DNA of 64,000 bases. Origin: Perkinsus olseni. Taxonomy: Eukaryota. The number at the start of each line of letters is the position of its first letter. The stretch's first letter is position 1. The translations under genes were made by a program, and so were the position numbers. The stretch spans positions 1-64,000 of the forward strand of contig JABANN010000111.1 of assembly GCA_013115125.1 (NCBI GenBank), given 5' to 3'. Under the pieces are notes generated by a model, which saw nothing but the letters and a program-made list of their open reading frames with translations, was not told where the DNA came from and made no database searches. Positions 1 through 12,394 of the stretch are shown here, in pieces.

Positions 1-68
1 CGTGGCCTAATGGATAAGGCGTTGGTCTTCGGAACCAAAGATTGTGGGTTCGAGTCCCACCGAGATCG
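1..68 (+). tRNA. tRNA-Arg(UCG), 5' end cut by the window edge; lies in an intron of NME7
   Basis: A-box TGGCCTAATGG; anticodon arm TTGGT-CTTCGGA-ACCAA (TCG at 29-31); T-arm GTGGG-TTCGAGT-CCCAC; acceptor 3' strand CGAGATC-G. Confidence 0.95.
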
Positions 69-76
69 TTTTTTAG
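69..76 (+). terminator. Pol III T6 terminator that also forms the pyrimidine tract and AG of the NME7 3' splice site
   Basis: TTTTTT (69-74) directly after the tRNA, then AG (75-76), then the exon reading FEVSAMRWCSLDK. Confidence 0.75.
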
Positions 77-962
77 TTTCGAGGTTTCTGCTATGCGTTG
101 GTGTTCGTTGGACAAGCACTCATGCGAAGAGTTCCTTGAGGTAATCGTGCTCTCACCGTCCTCCTTTACCGCATCTGCGACTTCCGGACGCGCACTAATT
201 TGCTTGTTACTGCCTTACGCTTGCGTGAACCACGATACGGAGTGTGCATCGTCCAGGAGGTAGAGTAAGCGATTACACGGGTCATGGGTGGATCTGCGTC
301 AGTCACGCAGTTCAAATTTACCACCTATCTCAAGCGGCTATCTCCTGGTTAGGTTTACAGCGGAGTCCTTCCTGAGTTTACGATGCAGGTGACCGAGTTG
401 AGCGGTGGCCCTTCTCTAGCTCTCGAGGTCATCGGCTTTCTCTGGCGTGTCTCTCTGCATTATCAATGCAGGTAAGGCAAGAATCGGCCGTAGAAGCCTT
501 CAGAAAGCTTGTGGGACCGCACGACCCTCAAATTGCTAAGGCCCTGAGACCAGGTGAGGAACCCCTCGACGTCAGCTTTGCTGTGCACAGCTTTTCATTG
601 TTAGCGACGTTGAGGGCCGCCTTTGGTCTTGATCGGGTGAAGAACGCTGTCCATTGTACGGACCTAGAGGAAGACGGTCAGCTTGAAGTGGAGTAAGACG
701 TGAGCACATCGCTGATTCTCCATGCCGTGTCTTGCTGTGGAACATCTTCTGAATTGCACGTTGAACGAAAAGCCTCTCCGATCAACTTGAGAATTTTCTA
801 ACCGAAAAGGACTCAGCGGGTCTCGGCTGACCGCGAGGTTGTGAACGGTCATTCAGTAGTTGCAAAACGATTCTCACGAGACGTTGTCATTCCCGAAGGT
901 ACTTCTTCCGGATTCTCCCAGCAGCAGCGGCCTCCAATGCAGCGTTGATGGTCGGGGCTTGA
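77..962 (+). CDS. NME7: Nucleoside diphosphate kinase 7-like, 3' exons (gene starts upstream of the window)
   Basis: Exons ~77-140, 353-427, 472-553, 605-692 and 899-962 with GT-AG boundaries give FEVSAM..EEFLEVYSGV..GGPSLALE..FRKLVGPHDPQIAKALRPATLRAAFG..KNAVHCTDLEEDGQLEVEYFFRIL, matching the second NDK domain of NME7. Confidence 0.9.
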
Positions 963-2467
963 AGAGATGACGGTCCATGGGATGAATTAATGATAGTGAT
1001 GCCCCCGGTATATTGGGTTTTGATGCCGCAACTGAGGGAACGGCGCAAAGCCATTCTTTTTATTCCCCAACTATGGCTGTTCGTCGGTCGACTGTTCTAC
1101 TTTCCAAGCTCGGCCCCTCCAAGGTGGGGGAGCTCTCCTTGCATCATGATTGGTTCGCACTCGTACCACCCACTTAGGGACGCGGACCGCTGACGGCAAA
1201 AAGAGCCCCGAGTCTCCGCAAAGGCTTCGGAAGCATAGGTTTGGGAACGCACACCAAGAAAGGTGAACGCCTCACCGGACGGCGCATTGCGTGGTAGAAG
1301 GGCGCTCCTTCCTTGTCAGGATTCTTCATGATCGATCCAAGGTTCGTGCCTCAGTTCAAGGTTCCTGATCTGTCCGATTGTCCGGTGGGCCATTTCGAGG
1401 CGCGCGGTCATTTCTGAGTCTTGTTCTGTCAGCTGAAGCCGTACGTCTCTCGTCAGACGCCGGTGATTAATAACGCGAGGGGGTTTTGGCCCGGTGGTAA
1501 AATCAATCCATGATGCGAAAAAGGTTTCTGTTAATCGCCTGCTGTGTGTTGTCAATACGGTCAAACCTCAGTCTAGGTTCCAGTACCGCGGGCAGTGTGT
1601 TTCAGTGACCGAGGGGCACTGAGCGGTGTAGTTCAGCTAGAGCGGAGCGGAGCGGAGCGGAGCATCAGCTACAGTAGCTCTTAGGAGTGTCGGGGATGGG
1701 CTCCTGCTGAGAATCACCACCTTACGCAGATCTCACAGCCCATGTCCTACTACGCAGAGTACGATGCGACGTTCATAGCGTGGAGGTCACTGTTTGCAAC
1801 AATAAGCCCCCTTAGCGACTAATGGGCCCCTCCGCTGTCATTGAGAGGGTCGAAAAGAGTCGTGTCGATGTAGAAGGCAGCAACGTGCAAGCCGGGGATG
1901 AGTTGACGGCATGGACGAAGCATGAAACCATCTGATTCGGACGATGAATCGGCTGATCCGCTGGTGTGTGAGATTACCACCTCTTTGCACGTAGCTATGA
2001 GCTTGGCTGCTGGTGTCCCCAAGTGACGCAGTGGTGTCATCGCTCGGCCATAACATCAGAAGGGGATGCCGACTTGGCCCGAGCCTTCCTTTCCTCTGAG
2101 ACCTCGGAGACAACTGCACTGACCACCTCGACGCCGCTTCCGGTGGCCTTGGAGAATGTCGGTGCAGTTAGAGTCTTTGATGAGAGCCTCTGGCTGTATC
2201 TTCGGAACAGGAAAGCTGCGCTTCACCTCATTCCCGCTGAGATCGTCGTAATGTGGACAGTCCATTAGCTAAGTCCGTTCGCTTTGATAGGTCGACCTGT
2301 CTGCCTTTTCACGGCACTTTCCCTAGTCCAAACTTATTGCTATCAAGCTACTGCGAGTTCTAGCCGACGCGTATTTTGCAAGAGGTCCGATTCCCTTAGC
2401 AGTAGATGAATCGGACTAGAAAGCTCGAAGAGTCTTCAGTCGTCTGGTAGAAGTTCAGATTGACACT

Positions 2468-2489
2468 CCCACAGACTGTGGGCCACAGT
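2468..2489. repeat. 22-nt double-palindrome scar, 8-mer CCCACAGT
   Basis: CCCACAG-ACTGTGGG-CCACAGT. Confidence 0.85.
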
Positions 2490-2497
2490 CCCTCCCA

Positions 2498-3315
2498 ATG
2501 GTGGCGAACTTCGCCTTCTCCTAGCTCGTAGCCAGTCAGCTAACGATCGTCACAACAGCTCGAGATGTTGGCGAGTTTGTCCACGTTGGTGGAGTCTACA
2601 ATATTACCTACAATGTGAACGAGGACCATAAAGTCACGTTTGGCTTCTTTGTGGCGATTCGAACTAAGGACTCGTCTCTGCGTTATCCAGAGTATCGCTA
2701 CCAACGCTTCAACTATGGCTTCCTCTGTTGAAGGTTGGGCCTCTTACCTACACCGTGGACTTCGGCGAGCTCAGTGTTAGGCCGTGGTATGAGTCTATCG
2801 AGCAGCAGTTACTGCAGGCTGGTGCCATCGTCCCTGCCAATCGCTATCCACCTGCTGGCATTCAGCATGGCGACTTGACTACTTTGACCTACACAAGCGG
2901 TGATAGTCTGCACACAACCTTCCGTAACAAAAAGGTCAACTTCGTTAGAGTCGGCGGGTTGTTGGCCCCTGGTGTCTTCGAGTTCGCCGAGACCGTGGCT
3001 CCGTACTTCAAACTCAAGTATCTGTTACGACGGGATGGCGTTGTGGGTATACAGGCGGCCTGCAAAGGGCGTCGGCCTTCGCAGGTCGCGTTCTAACTCT
3101 CGCCCCACGACAGAGGCCTGCAGTATGAGCACCATTATTTGGTTTTGGCTGTTGCGGGTACCTTGGGACAACTCCATTAGATGATGATGCTTGTTCGCCC
3201 GACCGAATCCTTCCACCATGATGACCTACTGCATGTGGTATTAGCCAGTTGGAGCTGAAATACGATCTATGTGCCTCCTGGACGAGAGAATTTTCGTCCC
3301 GAGGCGTTGGTGTGA
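2498..3315 (+). pseudogene. Pseudogene copy A of the secreted two-domain protein family
   Basis: Homologous to 3742-4542 (GIQHGDLTTLTYTSGDS, PGVFEFAETVAPYFKLKYLLRRDGVVGIQA) but with TAG at 2522-2524, a frameshift near 2725 and TAA at 3094-3096. Confidence 0.8.
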
Positions 3316-3741
3316 GAGGCGTTCGTCATTGACTTTCATCATTCCCTCTGTCTCGTTGCTCACACGGATCCGTTTTTAATGCCCCAGGGCTAGCTTCGTC
3401 ATCTTGGTAGACGCATAACTCTAGTCAGTTACTCCACAGTCATGAGGTGGTGACAGTTAGTTGAATCGTCTATACTCCACCGAAATATTCTGCGGCACAA
3501 CGTTTCTAATACGTACGGAATCTATGCGTGACGCCGTGAGCGGTGACGCGAGGTCGTCCGTTCATCCTTGTTCATTGCATTTTCACTGAAGCTTTGATCA
3601 GGCGTGTCTCCTCGTTGTGCTCTCCTATGGTCAGAATTAACAATGTCACCCTGTATTCCCGAATTTGAACAGCATCAGCTCCTCGTTCCCGGGAGCGTCC
3701 TTGCAAAGACGTAGTCTCACGTGAGATCCAATTTTTTAACA

Positions 3742-4542
3742 ATGAACTCGGTCTCAACTTGGCTCATATCCGCTCAACTTCTGGTCATCACGACAACGCA
3801 GGAAGTCGGCAAGTTCCTCCACAGGGGTGCGTTCTTCAACATAACCTATGATGTGATGGAGGAGGGTCAAATTATGATCAGTTTCAGCTCGATGGCTCAC
3901 CCTCCACCCGGGTCCCCAGCAGGCACACCACCTGACTTCCAAGGGAATTACTTCGGGTATTACTCCCTCTCGAGGGTCAGAGGCCACACGTACGCCGTCG
4001 ACCCAGACGCCGACGTCGGGTCATGGTACGGCTCTTTTGCGATTCAACTACGACGGGCTGACGCGGCGAGGGCTCACGAGCCGCTCGCTGGTATCCAAAC
4101 TGGAGACTTGACCACCTTGACTTACACCAGCGGTGACAGTTTCATCACCGAGTTCCGTAACGAGACGATCAAGTTCATGAGGGTTGCTCACAGCTTCACT
4201 CCGGGTGTTTTCGAATACGCCGAGTCCGCGGCTCCCTACTTGAAGCTCACTTACCTGATACGTGCCGACGGTATTGTTGGTATACAGGCTAGTTGTAACA
4301 GGCGTCGTACATCTCAAGTGCCCTTCAAGCTCTCTCGACGCGACAAGGGTGTACAGTACCTTCATTATGATTTGGAGTCTGCTGGTAGGGGTACCGTGGA
4401 TCAACTTCTTTATATGGTGAACATCGTCTGCCCACGCACATACTTGCTTCACGACGATTTATCACGTGTGGTCTTTGCCACGTCTGATACGATCTATGTG
4501 GCACTTGGAGGGGCTCGACTGGTTCTCACCCGGACCAAGTAA
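3742..4542 (+). CDS. Secreted lineage-specific protein, copy B (intronless, two internally repeated domains)
   Basis: Intact ORF from ATG 3742 with a hydrophobic N-terminus (TWLISAQLLVITT); three paralogs in the window. Confidence 0.8.
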   Translation: MNSVSTWLISAQLLVITTTQEVGKFLHRGAFFNITYDVMEEGQIMISFSSMAHPPPGSPAGTPPDFQGNYFGYYSLSRVRGHTYAVDPDADVGSWYGSFAIQLRRADAARAHEPLAGIQTGDLTTLTYTSGDSFITEFRNETIKFMRVAHSFTPGVFEYAESAAPYLKLTYLIRADGIVGIQASCNRRRTSQVPFKLSRRDKGVQYLHYDLESAGRGTVDQLLYMVNIVCPRTYLLHDDLSRVVFATSDTIYVALGGARLVLTRTK

Positions 4543-5243
4543 CCCTCGTTTTCTGATTCACTAGGAATTAGCGTCTTTCGCGCAGCGTCAAGATTTTTTG
4601 TCCAATACCGTTATCATCAGCCTCTCCAGCGATGTGAAAGAACGGTTTGACTTTTAACACACCATCATCCTGACCCTTCAGGGTCGGTATTTTTCCTGTC
4701 TCCTATATCACAACGCTGTGGCCTAGCTTGAAGAGGTGAAGACTCGTGTAGGCTGGCTCAGCGAGTGGAGTTCACCGAAAACATCATCGCCGTTATTCAC
4801 GTGGTATACGATCTTTCGGCTGCTCACCTACAGGATGGTTTGCGGAAGTGTGAATTTTCTTATGGTTCGTCAATCAACAGCTGCGTGAACTCTCTCTCCA
4901 ACTCTCGATCGCCGTCTTTCGTGTATGGGCGTCACACGTAGTCCCCTGGAGAGCCGAGAGCATCGGCGCAGTCGGTCTAACCCATTTTAAACAAGTCTCG
5001 GTGACTGCCTGCTTTTGCGTTTTTCCAATTTGCGCAGCATCGGCGGAGTAACAAAATCTGACAGTGCTGTCGTGGCCCTCTCGAGCCAACCCTCAACCAT
5101 ACTCGGGATATACTACCCCCCAGTAGCCGATCCTGTTAGAGAGCTCTATCTGTTGGCGACTAAAGCGGTCTTCTTAAGCGCCGTACCCGAGGACCAAACC
5201 TGGCTGAATGGGTGAATGGCGAAGTCACCGAGCGACGTAGTTG

Positions 5244-8200
5244 ATGCTCCGCCTAGTCTATGCCTGGCTACTCATAATCACCCCCTGCTCCGGCCATGCT
5301 CCTGAGAGTGGGATCTGTGGCCTCCCAGATCGAAGTGTCCACGAGTGCCACTACGACGTCTGGGATTTGGATAAGTCTCAGAAGGTGGGCTCGGATGGTA
5401 CACGGTCCTTCGCTGCGCTGATGGTCTAGTAAAGTCGCCTAACTTTCGAGCTTCAGACCTGCTGCCCGGACGAGATGGAAGCATGGGTAGAGCTGAAGCG
5501 GAAGGAGCATTTCGTCGAAGTCACCGTCATCATCACTATTGTCATCTTGACGATAATTTTCGACGCCGCAAAGGAGTAAGTTTGACACAACCTTTCGCCG
5601 CTGACTTCACCACAATCAAGCCAGGTCGCTGATCAAGCTCGCGGAGAGACGCTCAAATCACATTCTTGTGGGAATCATAAACTCCGTAAGCTTCGTGGGT
5701 CAGCGTCCCTCCGATTCTGATCAAGTGCAGGTGAATAGCGAGTTTGCAACTCTCGGCTTCATCGCTCTTCTTTTCGGAGTAGTTGAGAACAGGCTACAAG
5801 CCCTTGGGCCGATGAATGATCACGTAAATATCCTCGTTGTTGCCCGAGTGCGACCGTTGACCTCAGATTTTTGGTGATCATCTGTGGGTTATGTATGGGC
5901 CGCACGAGTATGCGGGCTGGGTGGCAGAGAATTTCGACGGCCATCGAGGCCATCACGGCCCACATTGCTTGTCACATCTCTCGGTAGGGGACATCACCTC
6001 TCCCTGACATCCTTCGACTCTTCCCGCTGATCAGTTGATCTTCGAAACCATGCACTTTTCCATCTTTTATCTTATGATTGGCTTCATTTTTGTATGCGCG
6101 GCATTCACCCTCAGCGTTCTCAATCATGGTGAGTCCACATTCGACTACTCAAGCTCAACCAAATGCAGTGCATGATGCCCTCAGCGCGGACGTGGGACAG
6201 AGCCGAGAAGAGCGATTTCAGCACGCTCGTTAAGGAGTTCTTCAGCACGCAACCCAGTAAGTAATATTGCAGACAAACTCTTTACTATTCGAAATGGCGG
6301 TAATACATGCATGTATGCCGAAACCCTGTCCAACGACCGCGACACCTGTGGGATTCGAACCCACGCGGGCAGAGCCCAACGGCTTAGCAGGCCGCCGCCT
6401 TAACCACTCGGCCAAAGTGTCTTAGCGCTTGCTGCATCTGAAAGAGGGTAGCCTTGAGTATTGAACCCTTCTTCAGGATCTTGCTGGGAAACGACTCCAC
6501 AGTCACGATCCGAGCACTCCAGAATGATAGAGTAGCCTCACCATCAGATTGGCAGGCGCGGCGAATTCCTCTCCATCAGCTACCTGTATTTCCGTACCGA
6601 GTTTTTCGCTCCAATAACAAGCACGAGGGTGGTTGCCAGACGGCGAGAGGGATTTGACTTCCTCATGTGAGCCCCTGGCGGAGGTGTCTCACCCGGCCAC
6701 TCGCGAGTTGCCAGTTACATGGAACACTGCCTTGCCGAGAGTTGTACAGAACAGATGCAGCTCCATCCGGGGACCCTCGTCTTTCTCGGTAAATTCCCTG
6801 TCTCATCCATTCTCAATCAGAATCCCTTTTTAGGTCTGATCTCCATTCCGATGCATCTCTTGTCAAAAATGCGAGGCATCAAGGGGATCTTACTGATGTG
6901 CGCGGTATGTGCTTACCGCGCGTAGCTGAACGGCCATCACCTTAACGTGTCAGCTGCCCTGGACGTTGCTGTTGTTGGTGGTGTTGATAAAAAGGAACCT
7001 CTCGAGAGTGGTGGACTCTCTGAGACCAACTCACGGTGAGCAGAGCAATTGTTCAAGCCTTCTTCGCCCGTATGAATCAGAATAGTTCGATGAAGCGAGG
7101 CGAATCCCCCGGAGAAATCGTAACGCCTAGTCTATTCCTTTGCAGAGGAGATGTTCGAAGCTGTTAGCAAAGACCCTAGGATGGGTCCGACGTCGATTGA
7201 GCACCTCCACACGAAGGCTCCGTACTCATCAGAGGGTTACCATTTCAAGCCTAATGGATGGTGGGTGCTTGGCTGAACCCAAGGACTGCTGTTGTAATGA
7301 TAGCATATCAGGTTAATGAGCTTCCTGAGGGGAACAACGGTCCCGACGATGCACGAGAACGTATTTTTCTTGCAGAAAAACGGTATGGAGTAGTCGCGTG
7401 ATTGAGAACTCGTTCAACGTGTATGTTCGGGCAGGTCCAGCGTTCGCTGCGAAGGCCTTGCAAGTGGTGTGCTTCGCCACCGCCCTCTACTCGGGATGCC
7501 TCTTCTTTCGACTGCTCGATTTCACCACCAAACGCTGGCGACGTTATTGGTTAGCCGCCGGTGTTGGTGGAGTTCAGTGCTGATGACACTGGTCTCTCAG
7601 GTTCCTCCTGCCGGCTGGTGCTTCTCCTATCCTCATCATAATATTCGACATCCTACCCAGCGCGCTCGAAAGACTCGTTATCAGTACCAGTGTGTGCCAA
7701 ATGAAACGCATGCATGTTATCATGGAGGTCAAAAAGATGCTCGAGGCCCACCGATGCGAGCTGTGAGCTGAGCAAGAGCCAGCCTCCGGATACTTCACCT
7801 GTTCAAGGTGCCTCAATCTCCTCCGTAACGTTAAACTGCTGAGCATGCATTACCTATTGACGGAGGCTCCGGAAGCCCAGCGGTGAGTGGAGGCTTTTCG
7901 TTGTCCGACGGCCAATCGCCGGCCCCATCGCTCACCTCACCTCTTCTCACGCAATCGATATGATTCGCCCTCAGAGACCACCTCCGACAGAAGCTAGAGG
8001 CGATCTACGAGAAAGTCTCCCCGCACACCAAATCGCTCTATATGAAAACTTGGAAGCGTTTTTTCGCTAATAAAAGTGGCGTACATCGAGGAGAGGACAT
8101 CGGGTAACATGAACCGATGTCCTCAGCTCATTGAGGGCTACTGCTGGCACTCGAGCGTTTTGCCTCTCTCCTCCGCGTCCACTTCCCTTGCTCTTATCAG

Positions 8201-9388
8201 CCCACCTCTCGCCGCCGCTGGTATAACAGGCCAAGCCGCTAGCGTCTTTCTGTCTTGGATGAAAACGCTCAAGACGTCGCACTCAGGGGAGGTGAGTCGT
8301 CGTGAAGCTCGTAGGTTTGAGTGTCACTTGGCTTGTCAGTTGGAGCTTCGAGAATTCTGTGTGATTATGATTGCCCTGCGAGTGGCTGTTAATGATGTAA
8401 TCAGCGAGGATGAGTTCTGCGCTGCTATACGCAGGGCATTGCCCTTACGCGACACAGCCGGTGCCGGTAAAATCTTGCATTCTTGCACTATCTTGATCTT
8501 TCTCAATACTTAGATGAAGTCCTACTATCTCCCGAGGACGTCCGTAACATCCTAGAGGGGTTGAAAGTTGTTCACCCCCGTAGTCATGTCGTTGCCCGAC
8601 ACATGACAAATTTTACCCGTGCCAATCAACTCTTGGAAGTCGAAGGTGAGAAGTTACCGTGCCGAGGGCTGCCACTCTCTGCTTGGCTTGCTGCTTCAAT
8701 GAATGAATCTTCATCTTCCCACTGGGCGCCTTCCCTGTGGTCGGTTTTGAAAGAAATCGTAGGCAACTACGATGTAGTGTAAATAAGCATTTTAGCATGT
8801 CTCTCTCCTCCTCAGAGCGTAGTGGTCATGATGTCCACTCGCCACTAACGGAAGCCCTCATGTTGGTCACCGCTATGTAGGGCTGCCTTACCAAGGCATC
8901 ACCGGTCGATCACCGCCATTCGATCCACTACGGCCTTTGAGGGTTGTTTGACTTTTCCAGCTCGCCGGTCAGTTTAACCCGGAGTGTCTGTCATTTGCTC
9001 TCTGTCAGAGAAAACGCCAACATCTACGTACGTAAAGATGAGCTCCCCAAGCGGGGAACCCTTCAGGTGGGAAGTTGTGCGGAAGAGGGCCTCCCGGTAA
9101 CTACGGTTCATGCTCGGTCTGGTTGCGTTTTCAGGTCTCCCTATTAGAGTTCGTCAGATATTTTATCAAGCTTGACATCTACCAAACTCATGATCCTCAG
9201 TAGGTCTTCCATCGGCCCCTCGCCTTATTTATTTCTGTCTCAGAAACTCGAGTCCTGAGCCGTTTGACCATATGGCGTCTCTCGAGTACGATTGGAGCTA
9301 CAGACGACCGTCACGTGAAATCTTTATGGCAGGTTCAAATCTGAGCGGCCGTGGATGCCGCTGTGACACTGAATGTTCAAGTGGCTAG
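5244..9388 (+). CDS. MLO-family multi-pass membrane protein with a C-terminal degenerate EF-hand region (multi-exon, ends approximate)
   Basis: Exon peptides in MLO order: EVTVIITIVILTIIFD; NSEFATLGFIALLF (cf. ELMLLGFISLLL); ETMHFSIFYLM; ARTWDRAE; ISYLYFRTEF..GFDFLM|YMEHCLAES (cf. DYLTLRxGF..FDFxKYIxRSLEDDF); GPAFAAKALQVVCF. These are followed by EF-like FFANKSGVHRGEDI, ELELREFCVIM, ISEDEFCAAI and VSLLEFVRYF. Confidence 0.7.
6340..6421 (-). tRNA. tRNA-Ser(GCU), antisense within an intron (~6261-6476) of the MLO-like gene
   Basis: Reverse complement GACACTTTGGCCGAGTGGTTAAGGCGGCGGCCTGCTAAGCCGTTGGGCTCTGCCCGCGTGGGTTCGAATCCCACAGGTGTCG forms a full cloverleaf with a long variable arm and anticodon GCT. 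Confidence 0.95.
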
Positions 9389-10126
9389 TGACCAAGCATC
9401 ACCACAAGATGTTGCATGGCTTTACTGTGCTAACTACCTAGGCCGTTGTTGTGTTAAGTTGTGTGAGTGAGGTTCACGCTTGATGATTATTGAGACGCCG
9501 TCCCTACGGCGCAGCCGGCCGTCACCCTCAAATCTCAACCCGGACACCGTGGGCTAGTCTCAATAGATCGATGAAACATGAAAACCCATAGTACGGGAGT
9601 GTGGGAAGGGGATAGCACTCAACGCCCGAATGCTTGTCATCCGATCAATGGTCGAGGTATTGGTGCTGTGACAGCACTGCTGTCCATGTCTCACGATAGT
9701 GTCACACCGTTAGTGTGGTTGAGTTGGTAAATCAAGTTCACCGCGAACTGTTCACCATTTTTAGACATCTCCCTACCAAGGATTAAAAAAAGAATCTGAC
9801 AGCATGAGCGCCACAGTGCTGCGTAATTCGCCACTCATCTTGTAGTACCGCGCCTTTGAACGCGTGAACAGCGACGGCGTCTCTCCGCTGTGCGGTCTCA
9901 TGGTGTCACAATGCTTGCGCACGCACACTCTCGCCCTGCTTGTTTTTACTTTCGCTGAGATTCTCTCTGTTAACAAGACACATCAGGTTCCACATACACA
10001 CGAACTGGATGACTCTGTGGTGGTGAGCATAGTACGACTCGGCCAGGCTTCGCCGTGAGGGGGAAGGAGAGAACAGATGAGACGAGAGACAATTGATTCA
10101 GTTTGATTGGGTGACGGGGTGTCCCA

Positions 10127-10373
10127 CCGGGGCATAGGCGCCAAACACAGGGGGGCAGAGGGACCTGATGCCCCGGGAGGGGCACTGCTCCCTCTTTGGC
10201 CTGAGCTGCGTACAGGCGTGCGAACGTCCGCGTGCAGGTGGAATTGCCCGTTTTGACGAGATTCCGCACTTAACACACACAGACAAGGCCAATTTGCGAT
10301 ATACCAACTCGAGTATTCATTCATCAACGTCATTTATCACGGCGTTTACGAACAACTTCTGCCTATGCACCGG
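10127..10373. mobile_element. Candidate old MITE (hAT-like ends)
   Basis: Terminal inverted repeat CCGGGGCATAGGC (10127-10139) / GCCTATGCACCGG (10361-10373), 12/13 match; G-rich subterminal region; no clean TSD. Confidence 0.4.
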
Positions 10374-10960
10374 GGATTGTCCTCGGAAAGGTGAAGAAGT
10401 CGACAGCGGGTTGTAGTGGCCTGTTGTGGAGCGCAGCGCTCCGAGCGCTGTCGACTGGTGCGGTTGTCGCTACCGACTGGCGCGGTGGTCGACTTGATGA
10501 TGATCGATTTCAGCTATCAGCACGTGTGCACATAATTCCGCCTCGTGAGGCCTTTATCAGTTCCGTTGCATACTGATATCATTAGCTAAGAGCAACTCAG
10601 TATTGCGCTGATACGGGACACTCGCACGAGTCATAGCATGGCCCTGCAAAATCAAGGACCCGGCTATTTCCCTAACTGTTACGGAAATAGCCGGGCCCTT
10701 GATTTTGCAGGTGACGCAGCTGTTACAGCTGCGGCAGCTGAGTTGGCCGTCATCCTTGAGCCCGCTGCGAAGCTAGTACACCGTAATTTCCCCTCGTTCA
10801 CTCTATTCCTGCGCCCTACTGGCGCCGCGGCCACGTTCTTCCGCGCCAACACCCACGTGCTCGTTGCATGTTTGCGGTTGCCTCACGTCACGTTCATCGT
10901 ATCGATACGTCAGCGGTTCGGACTGGACCTGAGGTTCTACGTAGTATCTCCAATCTCTCA

Positions 10961-11707
10961 ATGATGATTTTCGTCTCAACTTTGCTCTTCGCCGCTCAAC
11001 TCCTGGTCATCACTATGGCTAAGGATGTCGGCAGGTTCGTTAACGTCACTGGTGTTCATAAGATGACCTTCGATGTGAACGAGGGTGAGACTAAGCTTAA
11101 TCTCATATCACGTTTCCCCCCCTCCACCCGGATCCCCAGAAGGTACGCTGCCCCTCTATTGGAGTAATTTCTTCGGGCCTTACTCCCTCTCGAAAGGTTG
11201 GAGATAGCACCGACACCTACACCTTCGACCTTGGGAATAACTCCCATATCTCCTACTTGACTATCGCAGCGCATTTAAAACAGGCTGGCGTGGCTGACGA
11301 TCCGTTCGCTGGTATCCAGACCGGAGACTTGACCACGGGTTGACCACCGCCTGTCTGAGGGTGTCTTCGAGAGCGACGAGGCTATACACCCGTTTATCAA
11401 GTTCACTTATGACATAGGTTCGGATGGCACTGTGGGTATACAGGCTATGTGTAATGGAGTAAGTACTCCCCGCTTCTCCCTCGACCTATCCCGACGTGAT
11501 AGTGGCCAAGCCTACCTCTACTACCCCGTGGAGTCCAGCGATGCTCAGAGTCAGCTCCTGAGCGCGGTCGAGGACACCTGCCCGACGACCGATGGCTTGC
11601 CGGTCACCGGCCTGTCCCAGCCTGGGACTCCCAGGTGGTTTTTGCAACAGAGGATACGATCTACGTAGAGTTCAGAGGAGCTCGAGCGGCCCTCACAAGG
11701 ACAGTAG
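10961..11707 (+). pseudogene. Pseudogene copy C of the secreted two-domain protein family
   Basis: 5' half close to copy D (KDVGRFVNVTGVHKMTFDVNE); frameshift in a C-run near 11120; internal deletion near 11335; divergent second domain (VGIQAMCNG). Confidence 0.8.
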
Positions 11708-11820
11708 TCCAGGCCCTCCTTAGTTAATAACAGCTTCTTCGACTTCGCTGACAACATGAACTCATTTTTTTGTTTACTGTAATATCCCACGGGAGAGTGC
11801 GTTTCTGCCGTCGGAGACAA

Positions 11821-12045
11821 CAGGTCGTCCGATCACGGCCATCCTCCACAGCCAAATCTGAGCCAGGCCAGGCTCTCCTAGAGTTGACAGATGGCCACAG
11901 CTTTTTCTTACGGTACATATTCATCACTTCCTGCTTTTTTATTGTCAATCAGCGGGACAGTTCTCGGGTGGACGGGCAGCAGCAAGGTGGGTCATATTCT
12001 TGGAGGCCGATTAATCACCGTGGCAGCGGCAGCAGTCTCCATTGC
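11821..12045. repeat. Dispersed repeat or degraded gene relic, paralogous to 15012-15350
   Basis: 11823-11905 matches 15014-15097 in direct orientation; 11920-12045 matches ~15238-15350 in inverted orientation. Confidence 0.6.
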
Positions 12046-12394
12046 TGAGTTATCGGTAGCCATCATATTGATAACAACAACTCCGGATGGCTCGTGAACA
12101 GATACCATGTGTGCTTTCGGGACGACGGCGACGACCGAACATATCGGCCATGCATCATCTGGTTGAACGTGATCTCAGAGCGGATACACCTCAGTTTGCT
12201 CCATGGGGGAAAAGTTAACAAACTGAAGCCGGTGTATCCTGGGGAACGTTGATGACATCACAGCCTAATGACGAATATCGGGAACGTGAAGGGCGTTCGA
12301 CAGATATATATTGCGCACCTCCGCTGAGGCAAGCGCCTCTCCATGAGGTTTACAGCTGGCGGCACGAGATCACGAGATCCCTGCTCGTACTGAT

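Noticed and set aside
4048-4452. Long antisense ORFs here and at 13974-14537
   Set aside because: They are shadows of the sense-strand secreted-protein genes.
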